Shown here in pieces: positions 41,415-53,072 of a DNA stretch of 64,000 nucleotides. Source of the DNA: Octopus sinensis (lineage: Eukaryota); the NCBI RefSeq assembly GCF_006345805.1, contig NC_043010.1, positions 23,994,001-24,058,000 on the forward strand, given 5' to 3'. The notes beneath the pieces are model-generated. The model ran no database searches. It saw nothing but the letters and a program-made list of their open reading frames with translations, and was not told where the DNA came from. Position 1 is the first letter of the stretch, and every line of letters begins with the position of its first letter. Position numbers and translations under genes: made by a program.

Positions 41415-41799
41415 AGCACAATGGTCCAGTGGTTAGGGCAGCGGACTCGCTGTCGTAGGACCGTGGTTTCGATTCTCAGACTGGACATTGTAAGTGTTTA
41501 TTGAGCGAAAACATCTAAAGCTCCACAAATCTCCGGCAGATGGTGGTGGTGGTGGACCCTGCTGTACTCTTTCACCACAACTTCCCCTCACTCTTTCTTC
41601 TTGTTTCTGTTGTACCTGTCTGTATTTTAAAGGGCCATCGTCATCACACACTGTGCCACGCTGAATCACCCACGAGAACTACGTTAAGGGTACACGTGTC
41701 TGTGGAGTAGTCAGCCACTTGCACGTTAATTTCACTAGCACGCTGTTCCGTTGATCTGATCAACTGGAATTCTCGTCGTCGTAACCAATGGAGTGTCAC
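41415..41799 (+). mobile_element. tRNA-derived SINE (long-tail variant)
   Basis: A-box TGGTCCAGTGGTTAGG and B-box GGTTTCGATTCTC; head shared with 46011. Confidence 0.85.
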
Positions 41800-41869
<70 letters not shown>

Positions 41870-41892
41870 TTCTTTCTCTCTCTCTCTCTCTG

Positions 41893-41927
<35 letters not shown>

Positions 41928-41929
<2 letters not shown>

Positions 41930-42599
41930 CATATAATTAAGGGCTAAAGAGGGTTATTCTAAAGCCAATACACTGATTTATCCACTTATAATCCGCTTGC
42001 TACAGGAGAATTGAAACTGAAAACGGGCAACTAACCTTTAGAAAATTTAAATTTCGTTATCTCTATATTGAATCAATTTCGCAATTAATCTTTTAAAAAG
42101 ATATATTCTTTCTTCAGTAGAGCTTTCGATGGGATATAAATAAAATACTCACATATGATCATGGAAAAAGAACAAGCTAAAAACATAACTACACTTGAGT
42201 ACACTTGAGTAGCAAGCAGCGATGCTACGGGAGGACCGGTAACCATTACAATTTGTAGCGGCGAAAGGTCAAGACGTTGTTTCTGAGGCTGACCAAAGAA
42301 TTTTTATTTTTAGATATAAATGATGTACTCAAGTGTAGTTATGTTTTTAGCTTGTGCTTTTTCCATGATCATACGTGAGTATTTTATTTATATCCCATCG
42401 AAAGCTCTACTGAAGAAAGAATATATCTTTTTATAAGATTAATTGCGAAATTGATTCAATATAGAGATAACGAAATTTAAATTTTTTAAAGGTTAGTTGC
42501 CCGTTTTCAGTTTCAATTCTCCTGTAGCAAGCGGATTATAAGTGGATAAATCAGTGTATTGGCTTTAGAATAACCCTCTTTAGCCCTTAATTATATGAT
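41928..42599. mobile_element. Young foldback element with 275 bp inverted arms
   Basis: Arms 41928-42202 and 42325-42599; about 4 substitutions found by eye; 122 bp spacer; no ORF. Confidence 0.88.
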
Positions 42600-44534
42600 G
42601 TTTATACTTCAACCGTAACGGTTTTTTTAAATATACTGCCCACGCTTCCTGATGGATTCCTTTTCTGTAGAGAAAGGGACTTCATCCTATATTGTTAGTA
42701 GTATATATATATATATAAATGTTGTTCCTGAAAACTATATTTCTTTAAACAATGTAATTTATTTCGGAGACCGTTCCTGAATAATGTACTGAAAGGCGAA
42801 GGTAAAGAATGCGCTCACCCATGGTTTAGGGCTAGTGTTAGAGTTTAGAGTTAGAGTTAGGGTTACGCCGAAAACGGTTGATATGCGTATTATTTACCCC
42901 CGCTGACATTCTAAAATATCTAGTAACAGACTCTCTCCCTGAAATAATACCCACATTAAAAATTAGTTCTTCAAGCAGCCTTGAGAAACACCGAAAATTC
43001 TCGAAGGAAACTTTGGAACGTCTGAACGCAATGAGCAACGAATAAAAATTCCAGTTTCAAAATTTTGGTACAAGGCCGAGGATTTTAAATGGCAGAGGGT
43101 AGTCAATTACATTGTCCTCAATATTTGACTGGTACTTAGGTTACCGACCTCGGAAGAACGAAAAGCAAATCTGACACTGATAGGATTTTTAACTCAGTAA
43201 GTAGAGCGCCAAGACAATTAAAAGCCTAAAACTTATTTCGACGAGTTAATGATTCTGCCATCAAGCCGCTTGACATTCCATAATAATAATAATTTCTTAA
43301 ATGCGATAAAGGCACACATTTTTATCGTTTCGATATCGATAAAATAAAGTAGATATACCAATTAAATCATTTGTACATCTCTTCACAAATTTATGGCTTT
43401 GTATCTCGCTTAGAAATCATTGTAGCTAACAGCAATAAATTGTTGTTGTTGTTGTTGTTGTTGTCATCGTTGTTGCTGTGTCTATATTCGAACTTATCTA
43501 TGCATTAGATTAAAAAGATTTAATTATCCTGGTTGTCGATGTCGTTTAGCCACTGCAGAACTATAATTATATGCGTTCTCTGTCGTGGCCATCTCGTCTT
43601 CCCCCACTTTTTTTTAGGGACGGTGTTAATCCATTATTACATTACCTAATGGGATTTTCCTATTTTAAGTCGATAGGTGGGATATGAATGATATGAGAAA
43701 CATCTGTCTGTCTGTCTGCCTGACTGACCGATTTGCTGCTATTTCTAGCAGTTCAAACATCTCAGCAAAAGGCAACTCTGTTGACATATCTGTACTTTCT
43801 ATCGAACTTTAGATAGGACTCTTCTCAAAGAACATAATAAAATCAAAATTTATCAATTAGTTTGTGATGTTAAAATCGAGTTAATGTGTATTTAATGTTC
43901 CTTATTCATTTAGTATCTTTCTGTAAGATATCATTTCAGCGCCAGCTGTAACCATAGAGAACGTGAGTTATAACCATAGGAAAATGGAACAAAATAATAT
44001 CAATGTATATAACTCATATATTATTTATCTACAGTAATACAAAATAGACTTTCAATTTATAAAATATGCCTCCAGACATACATACACATACTGAACAAGT
44101 TGGTTATCATGCTGTTTAGCTATTTCCAATAATAGTTTCTTGTTATTTCCTTCAATGTACATAATGTCTGTTCATAATCTTTAATCACAATATCAGGTCA
44201 TTTAGTAAATGTCTCCGTTTCAGTAAGCAACATTATATACTTAAAGATGTTTTCATTCTTTCACCACATTCTATATACTAACCTATCTTATCTCTCTCTC
44301 CCTCTCTCTCTATCTTTCTATCTCTCTTTCTCTCTTTCTCCCTCTACTTTCATATATGTGTGGGTAGGGAGTTCAGTTGTAATAGAAACAATTTTGCAAT
44401 AATCTGATGTGTTACTCTATACTTTTGTAGAGCAGAAATTCATTTTCTTAAAAAAGAATGGCTCAGCAAACCGAAACTTCGAAGCTACTGTCAAAAGCAA
44501 TCTTAATACAGTTCTATATTGAAGAGATGAGGAA

Positions 44535-44765
44535 TTATTTGCATTATTTACATTATTTACATTTGACGGATATTTGTCCTCATCTTTGTTGTTAACACAA
44601 CATTTCGACTGATAGACTCTCCAGCCTTAGGAATGAGAACCCAGGTTCGAAATTTCCCCAAGACACCTCATGAAGGCTGGAGGGTATATCAGCCGAAACG
44701 TTGTGCTAACAACAAACACGATGAGGATAAATATCGTCTAATGTAAATAATGTAAATAATGTAAA
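44535..44765. mobile_element. Two back-to-back PLE terminal repeats (family 1) with (TGTAAATAA)n tails facing outward
   Basis: Left arm 44535-44628 is the reverse complement of the 3' part of the right arm; joined through CCTT. Confidence 0.8.
44662..44707 (+). ncRNA. Minimal type I hammerhead motif (family 1), probably inactivated (G5 to C)
   Basis: GACAC-CTCATGA-A-GGCTG gagggtatat CAGCC-GAAA-CG-TT-GTGCT; intact CTGATGA seen in the sister copy at 63983. Confidence 0.72.
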
Positions 44766-44778
44766 AAACCTTCGTTTG

Positions 44779-44857
<79 letters not shown>

Positions 44858-44902
44858 TAATAATGATAACAACAACAATTATATATATATATATATATAT
44901 AT

Positions 44903-45219
44903 TGTGACCGCGTGTGTACCGTTGGCGATTTTTTTCTCTGTCTTCCCTTCTCTGGATCTTTCCTTCTTCTATGTTTCCGACGAAGAGCTCCGCTCGAAAC
45001 GTTTAACCCTCCTTCTTTCCTTCCTTCCTGAGCGTCCAATAATACTATATTTGTTCCACGCCCTCGCGTTGTTGTGTTTTTTTGTGCTTTCATGTTTGGA
45101 TTAACTATATATATAGTTAATCCAAACATGAAAACACGAAGAGAAAACACAACAACGCGAGGACGTGGAACAAATATAGTATTATTGGACGCTCAGGAAG
45201 GAAGGAAGGAAAGAAGGAC
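44903..45219. mobile_element. Tail-to-tail pair of PLE-type terminal repeats (family 2) around (TA)5
   Basis: Arms ~45008-45105 and 45116-45219 flank TATATATATA. Confidence 0.82.
44973..45007 (+). ncRNA. Minimal type I hammerhead motif (family 2, U4C core)
   Basis: GTTT-CCGACGA-A-GAGC tcc GCTC-GAAA-CG-TT-TAAC; the sister copy at 13190 has AAAC, which completes stem I. Confidence 0.68.
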
Positions 45220-45227
45220 AAGCACAC

Positions 45228-45496
45228 ATACGTGTGGCTGTGTGGTAAGTAGCTTGCTTACCAGCCACATGGTTCCGGGTTCAGTCCCACTGCATGGCAC
45301 GTTGGGCATGTCTTCTACTATATATGTATTTTTATATTCTTTTACTTGTTTCAGTCATTTGACTGTGGCCATGGTGGAGCACTGCCGAACATATCGACCC
45401 CAGGACTTAATCTTTGTAAACTTAGTACTTATTCTATCGATCTATTTTACCGTAAACACAACAGCATCGGTTGCCCAGCGATGCTGAGGGAAAACT

Positions 45497-45548
<52 letters not shown>

Positions 45549-45745
45549 CGACGTTCACAGAAGTGAGTTGCGACGTCGTCACTGGTCCCAAGCTGCATTG
45601 AACTTTGCTTTCTCTCGGAAAACATCGGTAGCGTGGGGAGGGGAGACTGGCATGCATGAACGACTGCTGGTCCGGACTTGTGCCTCGGAGGATAACTTTC
45701 TAGGTGCAATCTCGTGGTTATTCATGACCGAGAGTTTCACCCACT
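45228..45745. mobile_element. Three SINE fragments (head +, tail -, CORE-like long family +)
   Basis: Homology to other copies in the window. Confidence 0.75.
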
Positions 45746-45803
45746 CACCCATATATATATACATATATGATAATGAATGATTATATATATATAAATATAT
45801 ATA

Positions 45804-45957
45804 TATTGGGCTGGTGCATAATTATTGCAGCTTTTTTTCAACAAATTTTATTCAACAATGACATCATTAAATGATTATTTCGGAGCATATTCACCATCTA
45901 TTTCAATTACTGCTTCCCATTTGCCTGGCAGGCGGTCAAACCATCATTTAATGGATG
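45804..45957 (-). mobile_element. Mariner right-end fragment
   Basis: TIR TA-TTGGGCTGGTGCATAATTATTGCAG resembling Hsmar1-type TIRs; C-terminal remnant KWEAVIEIDGEYAPK on -. Confidence 0.75.
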
Positions 45958-45962
45958 CATAC

Positions 45963-46010
<48 letters not shown>

Positions 46011-46013
<3 letters not shown>

Positions 46014-46279
46014 GAGGCGCAATGGCCCAGTGGTTAGGATCGCGGTTTCGATTTCCAGACCGGGCGTTGTGAGTGTTTATTGAGCGAAAACACCTAAAGC
46101 TCCACGATGCTCCGGCAGAGGGTGGTGGCGATCGCTGCTGTACTCTTTCGCCACAACTTTCTCTCACTCTTTCTTCTGTTGGCCTGCTCGCGTAGCCAGC
46201 GGGGTGGCGTCATTTGAAGGCTAAAAAACAATGCGAAGCGCATTGTGACCATCTGATAGCCTCGTCGGTCACGGTGATA
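46011..46279 (+). mobile_element. tRNA-derived SINE (alternative-tail variant)
   Basis: Same head as 41415 with a ~22 bp deletion between TAGG repeats; unrelated tail. Confidence 0.82.
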
Positions 46280-46322
46280 CATACACATATACACACACAC
46301 ACACACATATATCTATAAATAC

Positions 46323-46372
<50 letters not shown>

Positions 46373-47069
46373 ATTTATATATATATATATTTAATAATAT
46401 TGAGATTATTGTATACAGTGTTATACTTATAAATTAAGGATATAATTATTAAAATCATTATCAGTAGCCAGCGAATAAAAAAACACTCTATCGGTAAAAT
46501 TGTTTTTTAATTATATGATTATAAAAATGTAATTATAATTAAGGCCGCTGGAATGCCAGTATCATGCATTGAAGTCATCTTCATCAGAATACAGCTTAGA
46601 TGGTCAATTCGTGTATGAGTGATATCAGAATTTCGAAGCAACTTTTCTTTACCCAATTCCCAAAAGGAGAACAGTTTGAAACCTACACTGATGCCTCAAA
46701 GTCTAACTAAAAGATAATCTGAAGCGATGCAACACTCCTTTTTTTCCTGGTGCCAGTCCTGCCTCTCCTCAGTTCAAAGATTTGTGCTAGCATGAAGTCA
46801 CGCTGGCAAAACGCTACACCTCTAAATGGAAAGCTAACTCGTCAGTGTGGTTCTGGGGCACGAAGCAAGGAGGTCATGACGCCCACTCAAAAAGGCACTT
46901 AATAAATGATCCACAACTATTCGAGTGAATTGTGCCATCAACTTGTTTCATTTGCCAAAAGAACACCAAGGGGCCTCAAGAGACACATTCGCGCCGACAG
47001 AACATGGTTATCGCTATTTATTCTACTGAACAGTCATTTGTCGTTCACAACAAGACAATCTTTTTTCTC

Positions 47070-47124
<55 letters not shown>

Positions 47125-47232
47125 ATATGGACGTACAGGACGTCACCAACGGTGCACAACATGCAATACGTAAACAACGAGAATAAATATGTTTTAATAT
47201 TATTACTAGCTGCAAAACCATCACAAAAAGAC

Positions 47233-47302
47233 TGCTACTCAGAGTTGCACGCTTCCTGTTCGTCGAAGAGTGACGAACAGGGGCGTGAAACTCTGACTAG
47301 CA
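47233..47302. repeat. ~31 bp-arm hairpin
   Basis: TGCTACTCAGAGTTGCACGCTTCCTGTTCGTC / GACGAACAGGGGCGTGAAACTCTGACTAGCA around a 7 nt loop. Confidence 0.8.
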
Positions 47303-47399
47303 ATTTTTTGTGATATTTTTGTGATTTCTTTTTTTTTGGCAGCTTTAGTAATAATAAAACATATATACATATATACATACAAACACACCACACACATAT

Positions 47400-47457
<58 letters not shown>

Positions 47458-47914
47458 TATATATATATGGGAGAGAGAGAGAAATATACATACATACACG
47501 AATAAACACATACACACATAAACATATATACATACATGCATATATAGAAGCGATGATTTGCCGGTCGGTGGGTGACATAGGGTCACACTAGATAATGTAG
47601 TGGTCGGAATGAAATGGGACGGGTTGTTGAATATAAGAAAATTTTCTTCAATTTTGCGACAGGTTCCATTTTGAATGCGCAGAATATATTTCTATTCCTT
47701 TTCTTCACGTAGCATTCCTCACACAAGCACACTTACACACACGCACGCACACATACACACACACGCACACACAAAAAAGAACTCACTCACTCATTCATAC
47801 GCACTCTTTTATTTTCTTTAAATATCAGTATACAAATTTCGTTTTAGGAACGTATCAATATGAACGCTAACAACGCTGGGAATAGAAGAGGAGGGTGAAA
47901 AAAGAAAGGGAGAA

Positions 47915-48379
47915 ATAAAGATGATGATGATGATGAGGAGGATGACAAGGACGCCGACAACGACGATAACAACAACGACGACGACGAGGATGATGATGAT
48001 AATGGTGATGGTGCTGCTGCTGTTGTTGCTTCTGCTGTTGCAGCTGTGGCGGCTAAAGGTGATGACGATGATGGCGAGGAGGAGGAGGAGGAGAGGGTGA
48101 CAACGACGACGATAATGATGATGATGGTAATGGTGATGCTGATGATGACGACGATAATGTTGATGATGATGAATATGGCAATGATGATGACGATGATGAT
48201 GATGATGATGATGATGACGACGATGATAATGCTGTTACAGCTACTGTTGCTGCTGCTGCCGTTACTGCTACTACTGCTAATGATGATGATGACGATAATA
48301 ATAATGGTGCTGGTGACGAAAAAGAAGAAGAAGAAGAAGAAGAGAAAGAAGAGAAAGAAGAGAAAGAAGAAGAAGAAGG

Positions 48380-48411
<32 letters not shown>

Positions 48412-48590
48412 GAAGGAGGAGGAGGAGGAGAAGAAGGAGGAGGAGAAGAAGAAGAAGAAGAGAAGAAGAAGAAGAAGAAGAAGAAGAAGAAGAAGAAGAA
48501 GAAGAAGAAGAAGAAGATAGAAGAAGAAGAAGAAGAAGAAGAAGAAGAAGAAGATAAAGAAGAAGAACAACAACAACAACAACAATTTTT
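47915..48590. repeat. Compound trinucleotide array (GAT/GAC/GCT/GAA/GGA/CAA)
   Basis: Directly visible; explains ORFs 47844-48650 and 48046-48627. Confidence 0.95.
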
Positions 48591-49191
48591 TATAGAAAGA
48601 TCAATATTTGATCGATTTCCACGATGAAGAACAACATCAATTAGAGACATAACCTATTGCATTTTTATTTCACAATTTCCTTTCTTTTAACAATTTTTAA
48701 TTTTCTTGAAATTTTCATCTTTCATTTTTCGTTAACCGACATTTCCCAAAATCCCTAGTGATTTCAAAAATGGCCGTGTACGTAGCTTATTTCATTATAT
48801 TTCAATGTTCGATAATTTAATGGTTTCCAATACATTTTTCGTCCTCAATGATTCTTCAGAATATATATCCTTTTCCCGTACGTCCACGTTGATATTTGCC
48901 TTATCATCGATTGTCCCTGATCTCCCTTCCCCTCTTTCTCTATCCCTATTTCCATCTCCTTCTCCCACTCTCTCCCCTATCTCCCTCCCACCCCACCCTC
49001 CTCTCTCTTTTATATGTAGTTATATATTTATGTGTGTCTATAAAATATATATATTATATATATATACATAAATGTATATGTGTATTTGTCTATGTATGCA
49101 TGTATGCATGTATGCTTGTGTCTGTTTACACACACACAGCACACACACATATATAATGTATATAGTGTAAAGACAAGAGCTACTAATAGTT

Positions 49192-49291
49192 NNNNNNNNN
49201 NNNNNNNNNNNNNNNNNNNNNNNNNNNNNNNNNNNNNNNNNNNNNNNNNNNNNNNNNNNNNNNNNNNNNNNNNNNNNNNNNNNNNNNNNNN
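49192..49291. other. Assembly gap (100 N)
   Basis: Run of N. Confidence 1.
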
Positions 49292-49519
49292 GTGTACATG
49301 ACTGTACTTTGTTGAAAGTTGTATACATATTCACATATGTTTGTATAGACGCACACACATATATATATATGTGTGGGTGTATGTTTGTTCCTCTCATCAT
49401 CGTCTAACCGTGAATGGATACAACGCCTAAGTGCAACTGTACGTATCAAACAACGTACGCTCATACCGTTATATATAACTGCACATACGCATTGCAACCT
49501 GTATGTAAGGACTACAGGT

Positions 49520-49554
<35 letters not shown>

Positions 49555-49555
49555 G

Positions 49556-51350
49556 GTTATAGAATATCCCTTCTGAATGGGATCTGGATGTTACTCCATT
49601 CGGACTTTCGGTTGAGAGTAGGTTTGTATTCTTGTATACAAACAGCTTCTGTGACCTGTCTCAACATTGCATCGGTGGGATGTGTTGATAGGATGTTCAA
49701 CTTAAGCTTCCCTAAGGATCCCTTGTGGCAGTCTACAGCATGTGGTAGAAGATGGGTTTGGCTTCCTTTCAATGTAGTTGTCCAGGTGTTCTTTGAACCT
49801 ATCATTGATGCTTCTAGAAGGTCTCACCTATGTATGACTCTGGGTTAGTCGCGCAAGCTCCCTCCTGGCACTTAATCTGGTATACAGTGCCCTTGGTTTT
49901 ACAATTTACATGTGGATTTGTCGAACATACTGCACAATTACTTTGACAGGTGATTCTATCAAATGGATATGATCTGCATAATGCCGATTTGATAGTCCTA
50001 CCTGTCTTTTCTACAACTTTAATTTTTAGGCCCGTAGTGCGCAGGATTTTCTTGAATGCCTTACTTAGCTCGTTCTTAGGTGTGTCGTCAACGAACATCA
50101 CTCCGTGAAATCTCCTGTTATCGTACCAAGTAACGTTTCTCATCTTTTGTTGGTGTCCCTCTCTAACCTATTCCAGAACTTGTTTGGGTATAGGGGACAT
50201 ATACCGTTTTCGTCGTTCCTTAGAATGCGTTCGAATCTAGCTTTCGCTCCTTTGTACACCCTGACTCTATCGTCTTGTGTGTATCGGAGCGTTGCATTCG
50301 GAATATGTAGTGCTGGATGTGTTGTTGTCGTTTTGTGGTTGGCATAGTGGTGATACATTCCTCATTACTCTAACTAAGTCTGCTACTAGGATGTTGAGTT
50401 TGGCAGTATCCGACATAGCTGAGTCACTACGGATTACTAGTGGATTAGCCATCGGTTTCTGATAGTGTGAGTGGAGTATACAGGGTTTAATGGTTCCATT
50501 CACCATAGCATCTTCCATCCATAGCTCAGTATCTAGGACGGGTAATCGTTTACTGGGGTGTTTAGAGGGGTAGTCTATGGTAAGTTTTATACTGCTGTGG
50601 ATAGAGTCAGCTATGTGTTGTATAGATGTCATCACCTGTTCTTCACTTGGTAGAGGGCCCATAACTGTCTGTATTATATTTCACAACAAGGTTAATGTCG
50701 TCGACGTAACGAGAGTACATAGCCAAGTGGATGTTACGGTTTGCTAGGTACTGTTTAAAACGCTTGTCCCACCATACCATGAAGAGGTTTGCAACGTCAC
50801 CGGCGATCCCCACTTCAATAGCACCGCCTTTCGTTTGCTTATACAGTTTGTTGTCAAATTTAAGAATATGTGTTTTTAGCGTAAACCTCAGGCTGACACC
50901 GATAGCATGTGCGATGGTGGTTCTAATATCGTGTGCACTTGAAGGTGGGTAGTCCGGCTTTGTCCATCCCTGCCAGCGCTCACAGTGAGTCTTCCTGTAA
51001 GCTGAGGTAATGGTAGGTGGTCTACCGCGTTTGTTACGGGTGGGACAAGCATATAGAAGGTTATTGCGCGACAGGTATTCATTGTACACGTCAGGGCCAG
51101 GAAGAGCCCTAGTTCATATACATCCACATTCTTAAATATCATACCACTCTCACTAACTATTCTATACATTTATCGACAGCAAAGTCTACATCGATGGAGG
51201 GGTATAGTGATACCACATCCATGCTACCCACGATGTGGTTCTTGAGGTCACACGTGTTGTTGCATTCGCGGATCCTGCTAAGGAGGTCCTCAGTACTGTC
51301 ACATACATCCGCAGATAGTTCTATTAACGGTCGTAGGAATTGTGAGAGAA
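49556..51350 (-). pseudogene. Second Penelope-like element (different group), 5'-truncated, frameshifted RT + GIY-YIG
   Basis: GSMDVVSLYPSID, YKQTKGGAIEVGIAGDVANLFMVWWD, YSRYVDDINL, LPVLDTELW, VYQIKCQEGAC...YIGET, RQVTEAVCI. Confidence 0.9.
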
Positions 51351-51360
51351 AATGTGTTTA

Positions 51361-51418
<58 letters not shown>

Positions 51419-51439
51419 GTATGTACTATTATATAGACG

Positions 51440-51617
51440 AGCTTCTTCTGGTTTCCGTCTACCAAATCCACTCACAAGGCTTTGGTCGGTCCGAGGCTAC
51501 AGCAGAAGGTGTCGAAGGTGCCACGCAGTGGAACTGAATCCAGAACCATGTTGATGGCAATCAAGCTTCTTACCACACAGCCACTCCTACGGTTCACCAA
51601 AGAGCCACTTCTGCGCC
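51440..51617 (-). mobile_element. Short tRNA-derived SINE
   Basis: Homologous to 7058-7207. Confidence 0.8.
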
Positions 51618-53030
51618 TATACATACATATATATATATATACACCACCTTTTTCAATGTCAGTAGACCCCCTTCGCAGTTGTAATAATTCCATTTCTCTT
51701 GGAGGCCGTTCTAAAACATTTGTTCCTTGGCTATTCTTGTAAAATATCGTGGAACTTAATATTGGTCCCGCTTAATTTTTCTGAACGCTTCGTGATACTG
51801 CCAGCATGGAAGCGTTCGATTATTGCAAAATACACAGGGAGAGGGTAATCCAAATAAATATGAACTCTATAATTTTCTTCCTTCTTATCATCATCACCAT
51901 CACCATCTTCCACTTCTTCTTCGTTTTCTTCTTCTTCTTCTTCTTCTTCTTCTTCTTCTTCTTCTTCTTCTTCTTCTTCTTCTTCTTCTTCTTCTTCTTC
52001 TTCTTCTTCTTCTTCTTCTTCTTCTTCTTCTTTACTTCTTCTTCTTCTTCTTCTCCTCCTTCTACTTCTTTCACTCTATTCTCATATATATATATATAAG
52101 TGTATATATGTGCTTATGTTCATATTTATATACATATACATATATATATATATATATATATAGGATGTGTGTGTGTGTGTGGTGGTGTGTGTTGTGTGTG
52201 TGTGTGTGTGTGTGTGTTGTGTGTGTGTGGTGTGTGTGTGTGTGCGTGTGTGTGTGTAAAGTATTAATATTGTTGATATACGTCAATCTAAAGGCAGTGC
52301 ATTATGCAGACCTGTCGGAGGCCGACCAAATATTTTAAAATTAGATTAATGCAGCTGAAATATTACAAAACTTTCTTTCCACTGTTTCTCACATTATATT
52401 TCTGATTTCAAAAATTATGTTCGAAACAATGCATGAGTAGATAATTGCTCCACTCTAGAAGACAACACAGAAATTCCATACCCCAAACAACACGGTACCC
52501 TATCCAACACATTACCCCACATCACTGAACCAGCAGGTGTATTCTGTACATTATATCTTCCGTTATTATGGCTCCCATCACTCGTTCTAATTCTGGAATG
52601 GATTGTATATTCATCAACCCAATCAAAAAATAATTGCGTTGTCATTTACAAATGTTAACTTCCAGGATTTATAGAACTGAAGACATTCAGGTAATAGTTT
52701 TGGTGCCCACATCTAGAAACTATAGTCGGTCTCTGATTGAATGTTTTTTTTTTTTTGTTTTCATCTTGATATTTTTTTTCTTCTTTTTTTTTCTGGGAGT
52801 GACAAAGAACATAAAGCATTCTCGTGCACTTTGTTATTTTATTCTATATCTTTGCAAACCAATTCCTCAATTCCTCGCTGGAAATTATTTGTATGTAAAA
52901 AAGTATTCGTATACACACATACATGCAAAAGTACATACATACAGACAAATACAAAAACAAACAGATAGACATACACACACACGCATATATATATATACAC
53001 ACAAATATATATATATATATATATACACAA

Positions 53031-53072
<42 letters not shown>

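Noticed and set aside
42400-42416. GAAA-GC-TC-TA-CTGAAGA in the foldback arms
   Set aside because: There is no stem I or stem II; probably coincidental.
41937-42592. Kolobok/piggyBac assignment from TTAA-GGG...CCC-TTAA
   Set aside because: Inverted symmetry continues outside the TTAA, so it cannot be shown to be a target-site duplication.
46545-46590. Minus-strand CTGATGA...GATA-CTGG catt CCAG-CG
   Set aside because: GATA replaces GAAA, CG sits at the cleavage site, and there is no stem I; possible remnant only.
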